DNA of 64,000 bases from Azolla caroliniana (Eukaryota > Plantae > Polypodiophyta), in contig JBHGNT010000059.1 in assembly GCA_043228905.1 (NCBI GenBank), forward strand, positions 62,001 through 126,000, in the 5' to 3' direction. The notes beneath the pieces were generated by a model. It was not told the origin of the DNA and did not search any database. It worked only from the letters and a program-made list of their open reading frames with translations. Below, one piece after another: positions 36,312 through 46,962 of this stretch. Made by a program: the position numbers and the translations under genes. The first letter of the stretch is position 1. Each line of letters begins with the position of its first letter.

Positions 36312-37210
36312 TGCTTGTGTTCGGAACTACCCCGGTTCTCTCTCCGCCTATTTGAGTGTGTCATGGTTGATCCACCCTTATATACACAAGGCCATGCATG
36401 TCTAGTACATGCATGTCCCTTCCCACGTCCATTCCTATAGACGTTAATGGCATGATCCATACTTGGGCCACGGAAGAGACCATTCACTTTTCACCACCCC
36501 CCTTTACGTGTCCAGGATCCTCCTGCTTCGACCTACCATATCACTAGCCCTATACTCACCTCCATCACACCAGGAGTGGGATTATGCACTTGGGCATTTC
36601 AAATCTACTAACCTATGGACGCTTCGTCCATATTGCAACGTAGACAGTATGTAACCTCATGATAGCCACCTACACATGTGATGCCATTGAGGTTGTAGAG
36701 TGCGTATGGGCCTCGTAAAACGAGGATAAGGTGGTGAGAAAAGGTTTTTAGGGTGTTGGTTCTCTCCACGAAAACGTGCTCGGTGGTTGTGGCCACGAGG
36801 GAGTTTAGAATCCATTGCGACCAACATACGGACGACGACACGCGTTTTCATTGTGATTACAAGATCCGTCGTCGTTGTGGACGCTGCAACCACCGGAGGA
36901 ATATGAAGGTGGCACCATTCAAGGACAACATTTCTAGGTGAAACATGCGTGGGTTGGTTGGTTCACACGATGATGAAAATGGTAGATAGACATGGGAATG
37001 TCATGTGGAATCATATTTGTAGTAGGAGTTACGATCAGCCACTACTATTGCGCACATCATGGTACGGCGAGACACGGCATTGTATGAGGGTGGCTTCAAT
37101 ACAACATTGTGATGGCATCGACGTTTGACGAGTTTCGCGTTGCTCGTGAGAGAGATAGCGATAGATGGATAGCGATAGATATAGGTAGGGTGGGAGTGGG
37201 TAGTGTGCGT

Positions 37211-38012
37211 TGTCGTGAAGAAAACCGTCCATAGGCGGAATCGGCGCACCTAGGCGTGGGTACCGGTTCTTCACGCGCGCAAGCTCCAAGTTGTACATAG
37301 AAGCGAGTTAGGAGGATAACCGGCAGGAACGGGCCCTAACACAAGTGGAGACAAAGACCGCGCGAACAGTCTTTTCGGCCGCGCGCGCGAGCGAAGGGAC
37401 TGTACGAGTCGGCGGCGTAACTACGCGGACGCGTGAAGGACGGAGCGGATCCCTGTCCAAAAGGGACAGGGGAATAAAGCTGACAGGACGGCCTGCTCGT
37501 CGGGCTATAAAAAGAGGAGGACAGAGCTGTTGCAGGGATCTCGGGCGGAGAGGACGAAGTGCTGTCGGACCGTTTCTGGACGCTTCTCTCTCTGTTTCCT
37601 TCCTTCTTGAGCTCGATAGCTTTTCTGTGCAGGGTTCCGAGGGGGCTCGTGCTGCTTCGAGGAACGCCCGAGTGCTTCCGGCAGCACCTCCGACCTGCTT
37701 CCCCCTCCCCCTTTTGTGCATCGAAGCGAACAAGTATCGGCATCTGTTCGCCGGCTTGTTCGGTTGTAACCAACCTGAGCCCCATCGAGGGTTGTAGTCG
37801 TGTTAGCCATTTTTGTTAATATACGTATTTAGTCGTTCGCGTCTGTCTGTGTCGGTGTCTGTTCGCGTTCTCCGTGCTGAAGGGCCGTGTCCCTGTGTAT
37901 CCCCGGTCCTGCGTAGCCGGTTCTCTCTCTTTCTCCTCCCTCGCTTGCTCTTTGGTTCGAGACCCCCGCGGTCCCGCCTCATCTCCACACGCACTTGCGA
38001 AATATCTCGACA
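37211..38012 (+). repeat. 5' LTR
   Basis: Direct repeat of 43733-44534; TATAAAA near 37506. Confidence 0.96.
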
Positions 38013-38016
38013 TCTT

Positions 38017-38034
38017 TGGTGAACCCGACGTGAA
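38017..38034 (+). other. Primer binding site complementary to the tRNA-Trp 3' end
   Basis: TGGTGAACCCGACGTGAA is the reverse complement of ...UUCACGUCGGGUUCACCA (plant cytosolic tRNA-Trp, recalled). Confidence 0.85.
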
Positions 38035-38056
38035 AGAGGCGGCAGAAGAGCAGAAG

Positions 38057-40183
38057 ATGAGGGGGTCGGATCTTGCAGAGGCCATGGCTTCGGCCGTGGA
38101 TCGGATTGTAAACGCGCGCGAGGGCACCGGTGCCCTCGACAGAGCTATTGAGGCGGTCGTCGGCACGATCGGCCGGTTCGATGGGAGGGATGCCACGAAG
38201 TATCTAGCGTCCTACGGTGCGGAAATGTTGATGCGGGACATTCCGGAAGAAAGGCGTCTTGCCGGATTTCCCCGAGTCGCAATGCCGGGCATCCATGCGG
38301 AGGTGCTCGAGGTGCGGGCGGAGAGCCGTACCTGGGAGGAGTTCGAAGGTCGGCTCCTAGAGAAATACGGGCTGGACGACGCGCTCCGGCTTTCGAAGCG
38401 AAGGTTCATGGAATGGGTGGAGTCCCCGGGGAAGGGAAGAAACGCTTCGGCACTCCTCCGGGAGTTCGAGGAAAACTTTGCGCGCCTTTCGGCGCTCGAC
38501 CGAACCATCCTGGACACGAGCCGGGTCTTGCTGTTTGTCAAGTCGGTCGACGAGCGGGATCGGGAGCAAGTGGGCCTCTTGCTGGAAACCGAAGACGGGC
38601 TCACTACCGACTGGGCGGCTGTCAAGAAAGTCTGTGGCCGTTTCGACAAACGGCGAGAATGGGCGGATAACGGGGTAACCGGGTCGGGCTCGGTCGCAGC
38701 AAGGAAGTTCGAACCAGCGCCACGGGTGCGAAAGGAAGAGACCGGAGAGTGGTTGGAAACCGGTTCGGCTTCGACCGGCGTAGTCAGAGGCTCAACCGGA
38801 GGAGCGGCGCTGGAGGAATTGACGAGGGCGGTAAAGGACCTCCAAATCGCGCAAGCCCGAAGGGAAGGTGGCGAACCGGCTCGTGACCGACGGCCGGCGG
38901 CAGGAAACAGGTGCATGTGGTGCGATGAAGTCGGCCACATTCGGAAGGACTGCGGCGACTTCGCGGAGGCGCTAAGGGACAGGGTGGTGTACCTGTGGGA
39001 AGGACGGGTGCATGCCAGCGACACCCGAAGGACCCTGAGCCGAAACGACGGAAAAGGTGGTATGAAAAGGTTGATGGAAGAGGCGGCGGCCCGGCACGCG
39101 GAAACCGTCCACTACTCGGCGTCGGCCGGCATTCGAGTCGGGGGCGGCGAGGCCCGAAAGGAAAGCAAAGCCGGATTCTGGCCGACGATGCTGGAAGGCC
39201 TTGCCGGTGCAAGGCTTAAAGGGGAGGAATCGGACCGTGCGGAGAAACGGGTACGGGAGATGACCGGGTGGAGCGACCCGGTCGAGGAAAGGACGGGCTT
39301 CGTGGAAGCCGCTTGCCAGAACTACGAGGCTCTGGTAGAAGAGAAGCGGGTGGGGAGACCCGGGACGACCGGGCCCTCACAACGATACGAGACCCGGTCC
39401 GGGCCACGACGGGACGAAGCCGGCGGGGCCGGTACGCAAGATAAACCCCAGAAGGGCGGGTACCGTCTGGGGACGGAGATAGAAAGGACCACGGACTTAC
39501 GAAAGGTCCTGGAGGAACGGATCCTCGACAGCAAGGTGGAGCTGTCGTTACGAGAGGTGCTGGGAATCGCCAAGAAGGAGTTCCACGACTCCATCGTGGA
39601 CTTGGTGAAACGGAAAAGGCTGTCGACGGAGACAGAACCGGAAAGACCGGTGGAAGTGCGGACGACGCACCTAGACGACATGGCGCTGGGAGACGAGTGG
39701 GCGGAAAGCCACTATTCGAGACCACACTGGGCCCGAGCGACCACGGAAACACCGGTAAAGATCGGCGATGTCCAGGAACCGGTGATAGCTTTGGTGGACC
39801 ACGGATCGGAGATCAATTTGATGTCCATGGACTTCTATAAGAAGGGCAAATGGCCGATCAACACCAAGCACGGGTGGAAAATAAGGGCAGCAACGCGCGC
39901 CACCGAGGAACTGCACGGGGCCTGTCCGAATGTGCGAGTCAAGATCGGCGACGTTGAGATTGACCAGCACTTCTTCGTGCAGGAGACGTCTTCGCATCCG
40001 GTCATTCTGGGAGAGCCGTACATCACGGCGGCGCGAATGGAGACCAAAGTGCTGGACAATGGTTCGGCCTACGCAAGGGTCAAAAGCCAAGACGGGCGCC
40101 ATTCGGTCCAGTTTCTGACGGTACGGCCGAACCACGAACGTAACCGCGACTCCCTCGGTTCCGAAAACCGAGAGGATTTTTAG
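38057..40183 (+). CDS. gag: Gag-protease
   Basis: First in-frame ATG after the PBS; CMWCDEVGHIRKDC knuckle; ALVDHGSEINLM aspartic protease motif. Confidence 0.9.
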   Translation: MRGSDLAEAMASAVDRIVNAREGTGALDRAIEAVVGTIGRFDGRDATKYLASYGAEMLMRDIPEERRLAGFPRVAMPGIHAEVLEVRAESRTWEEFEGRLLEKYGLDDALRLSKRRFMEWVESPGKGRNASALLREFEENFARLSALDRTILDTSRVLLFVKSVDERDREQVGLLLETEDGLTTDWAAVKKVCGRFDKRREWADNGVTGSGSVAARKFEPAPRVRKEETGEWLETGSASTGVVRGSTGGAALEELTRAVKDLQIAQARREGGEPARDRRPAAGNRCMWCDEVGHIRKDCGDFAEALRDRVVYLWEGRVHASDTRRTLSRNDGKGGMKRLMEEAAARHAETVHYSASAGIRVGGGEARKESKAGFWPTMLEGLAGARLKGEESDRAEKRVREMTGWSDPVEERTGFVEAACQNYEALVEEKRVGRPGTTGPSQRYETRSGPRRDEAGGAGTQDKPQKGGYRLGTEIERTTDLRKVLEERILDSKVELSLREVLGIAKKEFHDSIVDLVKRKRLSTETEPERPVEVRTTHLDDMALGDEWAESHYSRPHWARATTETPVKIGDVQEPVIALVDHGSEINLMSMDFYKKGKWPINTKHGWKIRAATRATEELHGACPNVRVKIGDVEIDQHFFVQETSSHPVILGEPYITAARMETKVLDNGSAYARVKSQDGRHSVQFLTVRPNHERNRDSLGSENREDF

Positions 40184-43100
40184 AGAGGACTGCCAAGGCG
40201 TGGGGCCGCGACAGTCCGGATGCTCCGGGAAACCCCCACATCTGTACGATAAAACCGTGTACAATAGGTAGGAAATTTTGCTTCTCCGACAGCGGGGCAT
40301 GTACGATGGTCGGCATCACCGGCCGAGAGAAAACAAAGACGGAGGGGAGACTTCGGGCGTGCGGAGTTCTCGGCCCTGACGAAGGAATCAACGGAGCCGT
40401 GGAGGCAGTCTCCTTCGACGACACCTTGGGGATGCTGGGGAAGTTAGTCGAAGAAGACCTTAACGAAGACCGGACGATACCGGTATGTTCCGAAGAAATG
40501 TACGAAGTCATCGCGGACTTCGGTCGAGGGCTCGAGTCGGAACGGACGGCCCGAGTGAGCACCAAGTACAAGACGGTGGACCGGAAGGTGAGGCCAGTTG
40601 CGGCGCCCTTACCGGAGGGCAGCGAATCCCGAATCAAAGGGGTTGCATCGGACCCCAGCTTACGAGATCCGGCCTGCATAGGACACACCTTCACCAACGA
40701 GACGCTCCGCGAGCTGAAGATCGGTGGGGGCGGGTTCCTACTGCCGATGGAGGAAGACCGGTTTCGGAGAATGCTCGGAAGGCACGGGAAAGCCTTCGCA
40801 TTCTCACCGGAGGAAATCGGGTGCGTAGACCCGACGATCGTAGAGCCAATGGTGATATTCACGGTACCGCATGTACCGTGGAATCTCAAGCCAATTTCGG
40901 TTCCGAGAGCTCACATCCCGATGTTGATGGAGCTGTTGAAGCAGAAAGTTGATATGGGCATTCTCGAGCCGTCGAGCGCTCCGTATTCAAACCGGTGGTT
41001 TACCGTACCAAAGAAAAACGGATCATTGCGCTTCATTCAGGACCTGCAACCGGTCAATAGGGTGACCATTCGGAACGCAGGGATCGGACCGACCATAGAC
41101 GAGTTCGCGGAGGCCTTCGCCGGAAGGTCGATTTACTCGGTCGGTGATCTATACTCAGGGTACGACCAGTTCCAGCTAGCCGTGGAGAGCAGAGACATCA
41201 CGACGATGCGAACTCCCCTCGGCCTAGTGCGGATGTGTACGCTGCCGCAAGGAGGGACCAACTCGGTGGCCCACATGGTGAATGCAATGAACAAGGTGCT
41301 GAGGGACTGCATCCCGGACATCACCATGCCGTTTCTAGACGACATCCCGATCAAGGGATGCCCGGTAGAAGAGAAGGACGAGACGGTCGGGCCGGACGGA
41401 TGCCGGCGATTCGTGATGGCGCACATCGACGACTGCGAGAAGGTGCTGCAAAGGCTAGAGGTTGCGAGGCTCACCTTCTCGGGGGAGAAATCAGCCTTCG
41501 GGCAATCGGAAATCATGGTGGTCGGACATTTGTGCGGGCCATATGGCCGGAAACCGTCTCCGGCAAAGGTAGAGGCCATCTCCGCGATGAAGCCTGACTG
41601 CAGCTCGGTCACGGAAGTACGAAGATTCTTGGGAGCATGCGCCTTCTACCACATATGGATCCCGCATTACGCGCACGTCGCGGAGCCGCTGTACGGATTA
41701 TTGAAGAAAGGGCGAAGATTCGAATGGCTAGACAAGCACGCGGAGTCGGTCCGGAAGCTGAAGGAGGCCCTTTCGGCAGCACCGGCGCTCCGAAAGGCTG
41801 TCTACGGGAAGGGCACCCCAGTGTACATAACGGTTGACACGAGTCCGACCGGAATCGGGTGGGTCGTCAACCAAGAAGACGGGGACGGCAATCGGTTTCC
41901 AATCCGATTCGGCGCGAAGGTCCTCAGTGAGCGGCAACGGGGATACGCCCAGGTTAAACGCGAACTCTGGGGTATCGTTTCGGCAGTGAAGACCGACAAG
42001 GACTATCTGATCGGGACAGAGGTAATCATAGAGACGGATTGCATGCCGATTCTCGGCATGGTTTACGGATGCGCGACGCCGGACCTGGCAATGCTCAGGT
42101 GGATAGCGTACATCAAGTCCCTGGACCCGGAAATACGACACATTTCCGGGAAAGACAACGCCATGGCCGACATGCTTTCAAGGGCGAGATTCGATGACGA
42201 GGGCACCATGGTTTCGGAGGACGAGGAGGTCGGCGTGGACTTCTTCGAGGCAGCATACGTAACAACCGGCGGGTCGAGCACTCCGGCGCTTAACGACTTC
42301 GACGCGAGCAAGTACGACGGGGAGTGGCTGCAGATCGGCGGGTTCTTGAGGACAATGGCGCCGGATGCGTCATGGACGAAAGACGAGGCCAACCGGATCC
42401 GGAAGAAAGCGTACCGATTCTTTCTCCGGGATGGATACCTGTGGAAGCACCCGAAGAAGAGGAACGGCGTCCCGCTCCGGGTGGTGGCAATGAAGGAAGA
42501 TCAGGAGGAGCTGCTAGCGGCCTGCCACGACAGCCCTTGGGCTGGACACCGTGGGACATGGGCTACGTTTGAGAAACTGAAGGGGAAGTATTGGTGGCCG
42601 GGGCAGTACCGGGACGTGCATCGGTTCGTGACAACTTGCGAGAGCTGTCAGATGCACTCCATAGTCCGACACCGGGACGAGCTTCACCCTACGTACCCTC
42701 CGACCATCCATTTCAAATGGATGGTAGATCTGGTGACGATGCCAATGGGGGTAGGACAGATGCGGTACCTGGTCCTAGCACGGGAGGATCTGACGAACCA
42801 GGTGGAAGGCCGAGCCCTCCCGAACAAAACGACCGCGGCCGTATGTCGATTCCTAATCGAGGACGTGATATGCCGGTACGGGTGCGTCGGGAAGATCGTG
42901 GCTGATCGAGGGGAGTTGGACACCGAAGAAGCCGCGGAGCTGTTCGACCGGCTCGGAGTTAAGCTCTCGCTCACCACTGCGTACAATCCGGAGGCGAATG
43001 GGAAGGTGGAGCGCGGACACGGGCCGATCGTCAAGGCGTTGGTTCGGGCATGCGGAGGCCAAGTCGGTAACTGGCCGCGGCTGCTACCTTATGCTTTGTG

Positions 43101-43662
43101 GGCAGACCGGACCACGCACAGTTCGGTAACCGGGTACATGCCGACGGAGCTCATGTTCGGCCAGAAGCCGATCATGCCGATGGAACGGACGATCTCCTCA
43201 TGGGCAACGGTCGATTGGAGGGACGAGATGAGCCGGGAGGAGTTGTTGGCCGCGCGTATACGACAACTCGAGCGGAGTCCGGAGGACGTGGAACTGGCTA
43301 CGGAGAGGCTCCGGGTGGCGAGGGCAAAGAACAAAGCCAGGTTCGACCGAACGCACCGGCTCCGACCGAAGAAGATCGAAGAAGGTGACTGGGTGCTCGT
43401 CTACGACAGCAGTCTCGACAACCAGCACCGAGCTACAAGGAAGTTCGCACGTAGGTGGTTTGGGCCTTACGCGGTACGGAGCGCCAATGGCAACGGGACA
43501 TATCACCTGGCGGAACTCGACGGCACGAGAATGGCGATACCGGTTGCAGGGAAGCAGATCAAAGCGTTCAAAAAGCGACACGACGACGAGCCAAACCCGG
43601 CTCTTCTAGTCAGCAGTGACGAACGATCCGAAAACGAGGAAGAACCGACGGGCGAGGAATGA
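40180..43662 (+). CDS. pol: Pol (RT, RNase H, integrase) in the -1 frame relative to gag-pro; first ATG at 40306
   Basis: FLDD; VDTS; NAMADMLSR; CHD..GH..CESC; MVDL..ADRG..GKVERGH; WFGPY; no chromodomain. The frame is open from 40180. Confidence 0.93.
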   Translation, partial: LERTAKAWGRDSPDAPGNPHICTIKPCTIGRKFCFSDSGACTMVGITGREKTKTEGRLRACGVLGPDEGINGAVEAVSFDDTLGMLGKLVEEDLNEDRTIPVCSEEMYEVIADFGRGLESERTARVSTKYKTVDRKVRPVAAPLPEGSESRIKGVASDPSLRDPACIGHTFTNETLRELKIGGGGFLLPMEEDRFRRMLGRHGKAFAFSPEEIGCVDPTIVEPMVIFTVPHVPWNLKPISVPRAHIPMLMELLKQKVDMGILEPSSAPYSNRWFTVPKKNGSLRFIQDLQPVNRVTIRNAGIGPTIDEFAEAFAGRSIYSVGDLYSGYDQFQLAVESRDITTMRTPLGLVRMCTLPQGGTNSVAHMVNAMNKVLRDCIPDITMPFLDDIPIKGCPVEEKDETVGPDGCRRFVMAHIDDCEKVLQRLEVARLTFSGEKSAFGQSEIMVVGHLCGPYGRKPSPAKVEAISAMKPDCSSVTEVRRFLGACAFYHIWIPHYAHVAEPLYGLLKKGRRFEWLDKHAESVRKLKEALSAAPALRKAVYGKGTPVYITVDTSPTGIGWVVNQEDGDGNRFPIRFGAKVLSERQRGYAQVKRELWGIVSAVKTDKDYLIGTEVIIETDCMPILGMVYGCATPDLAMLRWIAYIKSLDPEIRHISGKDNAMADMLSRARFDDEGTMVSEDEEVGVDFFEAAYVTTGGSSTPALNDFDASKYDGEWLQIGGFLRTMAPDASWTKDEANRIRKKAYRFFLRDGYLWKHPKKRNGVPLRVVAMKEDQEELLAACHDSPWAGHRGTWATFEKLKGKYWWPGQYRDVHRFVTTCESCQMHSIVRHRDELHPTYPPTIHFKWMVDLVTMPMGVGQMRYLVLAREDLTNQVEGRALPNKTTAAVCRFLIEDVICRYGCVGKIVADRGELDTEEAAELFDRLGVKLSLTTAYNPEANGKVERGHGPIVKALVRACGGQVGNWPRLLPYALWADRTTHSSVTGYMPTELMFGQKPIMPMERTISSWATVDWRDEMSREELLAARIRQLERSPEDVELATERLRVARAKNKARFDRTHRLRPKKIEEGDWVLVYDSSLDNQHRATRKFARRWFGPYAVRSANGNGTYHLAELDGTRMAIPVAGKQIKAFKKRHDDEPNPALLVSSDERSENEEEPTGEE

Positions 43663-43732
43663 AGACGGGCCGGTTTTCTCCGTCCCAACTCTCTGGCGCA
43701 TACCGGAGGATGCGCGGTTAGGTGGGGGCGGA

Positions 43733-44534
43733 TGTCGTGAAGAAAACCGTCCATAGGCGGAATCGGCGCACCTAGGCGTGGGTACCGGTTCTTCACGCGC
43801 GCAAGCTCCAAGTTGTACATAGAAGCGAGTTAGGAGGATAACCGGCAGGAACGGGCCCTAACACAAGTGGAGACAAAGACCACGCGAACAGTCTTTTCGG
43901 TCGCGCGCGCGAGCGAAGGGACTGTACGAGTCGGCGGCGTAACTACGCGGACGCGTGAAGGACGGAGCGGATCCCTGTCCAAAAGGGACAGGGGAATAAA
44001 GCTGACAGGACGGCCTGCTCGTCGGGCTATAAAAAGAGGAGGACAGAGCTGTTGCAGGGATCTCGGGCGGAGAGGACGAAGTGCTGTCGGACCGTTTCTG
44101 GACGCTTCTCTCTCTGTTTCCTTCCTTCTTGAGCTCGATAGCTTTTCTGTGCAGGGTTCCGAGGGGGCTCGTGCTGCTTCGAGGAACGCCCGAGTGCTTC
44201 CGGCAGCACCTCCGACCTGCTTCCCCCTCCCCCTTTTGTGCATCGAAGCGAACAAGTATCGGCATCTGTTCGCCGGCTTGTTCGGTTGTAACCAACCTGA
44301 GCCCCATCGAGGGTTGTAGTCGTGTTAGTCATTTTTGTTAATATACGTATTTAGTCGTTCGCGTCTGTCTGTGTCGGTGTCTGTTCGCGTTCTCCGTGCT
44401 GAAGGGCCGTGTCCCTGTGTATCCCCGGTCCTGCGTAGCCGGTTCTCTCTCTTTCTCCTCCCTCGCTTGCTCTTTGGTTCGAGACCCCCGCGGTCCCGCC
44501 TCATCTCCACACGCACTTGCGAAATATCTCGACA
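43733..44534 (+). repeat. 3' LTR
   Basis: Direct repeat of 37211-38012; ends at TSD GCGT. Confidence 0.96.
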
Positions 44535-44762
44535 GCGTGTGGGCACGTTACCTAATCATGTGTGCGTGGAGTTTCATTTTGCTTGTGCAATGAGCGAGCG
44601 AGGGCACGCGACCTGATCGTGCGTGCGTGCGTGCGTGTTGTGCGCGAGCGTGGGAGAAATATGATTGAGAGGGTTATGAGAACGTCAAGACACCACACAG
44701 AGCACACCATTTACATTTACGATGTTCAGAAAGTGTATAGTTGAAAAAGTTATGTACGTTCT

Positions 44763-45839
44763 TTAAAAGTGGCGAATACAAGCGCGTGGGCGAAGATCAC
44801 ATTGTTGGAGAAGGCGAGAGGTTGCCACGCTTAGAAGTTGTTCCTCCTCACCGGCCTTGAAACGACGACGTTGTTCCTCATCTTGTCGTCCGGTCATGCG
44901 ATAACGGCGCTCGTCCTCCTCGCGCTCGCTACTGTCTCTCTCTCGCTCGGCATCCTCTTCCCATTGACGACGTTCCATTGACACTTGGCTATGGCGGTGA
45001 CCATCATTGCGTGCCTCTTCTCCGCTAATGTATAAGGCCTCGCGGAGGCGGTTGCAACGCTCTTCTACGGGGATTTGTTCCACGTTCCTGCAGCATCTTT
45101 CGGAGGGCCTTGCATATCGGCTGATTTCATCCCAAGAGGTGCGACGGCTTCGTCCACGTTCTTCCTTCTCATTACGTTCTTGTAGGTGGCGGACCTGCCC
45201 ATCGACGAAGTTTTGGCACTCTTGCCTCAACTCTCGGTCTCGTGGCTCATCGCGATCGCGGCCGCGACGATCCCGTTCCTCTTCGGACTCTCTCTTGTTG
45301 TCTCTGCGACGTCCTTCATCGAGGGATCCTTCACGACGTCGGTCGCGCCTCTCCTGCTCGACATCCTCCTCCCTACGTCGATCGCGCCTCTCGTCGCGTG
45401 ACTCATCACGATCGCGACCGCGACGATCCCGTTCCTCTTCGGACTCTCTCTTGTTGTCTCCGTAGCGCCCCTCCTCGATGGACCCCTCGCGACGTCCCCC
45501 GCGCCTCTCCTCATCGAAATCCTCCTCCCTGCGTCGATCGCGCCTCTCCTCACGTGGCTCATCGCGATCGTGACTGCGACGATCCCGGTCCTCATCCGAC
45601 CCTCTCTTGTTGTCTCTGTAGCGCCTCTCATCGATGGATCCCTCACGACGTCCGCTGCGCCTCTCCTCGTCGACATCCTCCTCCCTACGTCGATCGCGTC
45701 TCTCCTCGTCAATGTCTCCCTCTCTTCGTCGATCGCGCCTCTCCTCTTCGCGATCCCGTCCTACAGATCTAGCATTGGCCGCGCCGCAGGCGGCTAGCAT
45801 GATAACCGCCATGAGGAATATGATAGTGAGCTTCGCCAT
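44763..45839 (-). CDS. 2S-albumin-like R/E/D-rich secreted protein (R288M)
   Basis: Full 358-aa ORF. Confidence 0.85.
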   Translation of the reverse strand: MAKLTIIFLMAVIMLAACGAANARSVGRDREEERRDRRREGDIDEERRDRRREEDVDEERRSGRREGSIDERRYRDNKRGSDEDRDRRSHDRDEPREERRDRRREEDFDEERRGGRREGSIEEGRYGDNKRESEEERDRRGRDRDESRDERRDRRREEDVEQERRDRRREGSLDEGRRRDNKRESEEERDRRGRDRDEPRDRELRQECQNFVDGQVRHLQERNEKEERGRSRRTSWDEISRYARPSERCCRNVEQIPVEERCNRLREALYISGEEARNDGHRHSQVSMERRQWEEDAERERDSSEREEDERRYRMTGRQDEEQRRRFKAGEEEQLLSVATSRLLQQCDLRPRACIRHF

Positions 45840-46962
45840 TGCTTGTGTTCGGAACTACCCCGGTTCTCTCTCCGCCTATTTGAGTGTGTCATGGTTGATC
45901 CACCCTTATATACACAAGGCCATGCATGTCTAGTACATGCATGTCCCTTCCCACGTCCATTCCTATAGACGTTAATGGCATGATCCATACTTGGGCCACG
46001 GAAGAGACCATTCACTTTTCACCACCCCCCTTTACGTGTCCAGGATCCTCCTGCTTCGACCTACCATATCACTAGCCCTATACTCACCTCCATCACACCA
46101 GGAGTGGGATTATGCACTTGGGCATTTCAAATCTACTAACCTATGGACGCTTCGTCCATATTGCAACGTAGACAGTATGTAACCTCATGATAGCCACCTA
46201 CACATGTGATGCCATTGAGGTTGTAGAGTGCGTATGGGCCTCGTAAAACGAGGATAAGGTGGTGAGAAAAGGTTTTTAGGGTGTTGGTTCTCTCCACGAA
46301 AACGTGCTCGGTGGTTGTGGCCACGAGGGAGTTTAGAATCCATTGCGACCAACATACGGACGACGACACGCGTTTTCATTGTGATTACAAGATCCCTCGT
46401 CGTTGTGGACGCTGCAACCACCGGAGGAATATGAAGGTGGCACCATTCAAGGACAACATTTCTAGGTGAAACATGCGTGGGTTGGTTGATTCACACGATG
46501 ATGAAAATGGTAGATAGACATGGGAATGTCATGTGGAATCATGTTTGTAGTAGGAGTTACGATCAGCCACTACTATTGCGCACATCATGGTACGGCGAGA
46601 CACGGCATTGTATGAGGGTGGCTTCAATACAACATTGTGATGGCATCGACGTTTGACGAGTTTCGCGTTGCTCGTGAGAGAGATAGCGATAGATGGATAG
46701 CGATAGATATAGGTAGGGTGGGAGTGGGTAGTGAGCGTGTGGGCACGTTACCTAATCATGTGTGCGTGGAGTTTCATTTTGCTTGTGCAATGAGCGAGCG
46801 AGGGCACGCGACCTGATCGTGCGTGCGTGCGTGCGTGTTGTGCGCGAGCGTGGGAGAAATATGATTGAGAGGGTTATGAGAACGTCAAGACACCACACAG
46901 AGCACACCATTTACATTTACGATGTTCAGAAAGTGTATAGTTGAAAAAGTTATGTACGTTCT

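Larger units (their letters stand above)
22566..37210. repeat. 2.2-kb tandem gene array, segment 2
   Basis: Periods 2200, 2200, 2200, 2235, 2196. Confidence 0.99.
37211..44534 (+). mobile_element. Intact non-chromovirus Ty3/gypsy LTR retrotransposon with tRNA-Trp PBS
   Basis: 802-bp LTRs 37211-38012 and 43733-44534 (TGTCGT...CGACA, 3 differences seen); 4-bp TSD GCGT at 37207-37210 and 44535-44538; PBS at 38017-38034; G-rich PPT at 43720-43732. Confidence 0.97.

Noticed and set aside
37874-38056. N-terminal extension of the 769-aa ORF from a GTG
   Set aside because: Lies in LTR/PBS; ATG 38057 is the plausible start. The same applies to GTG starts at 56533 and 59774.
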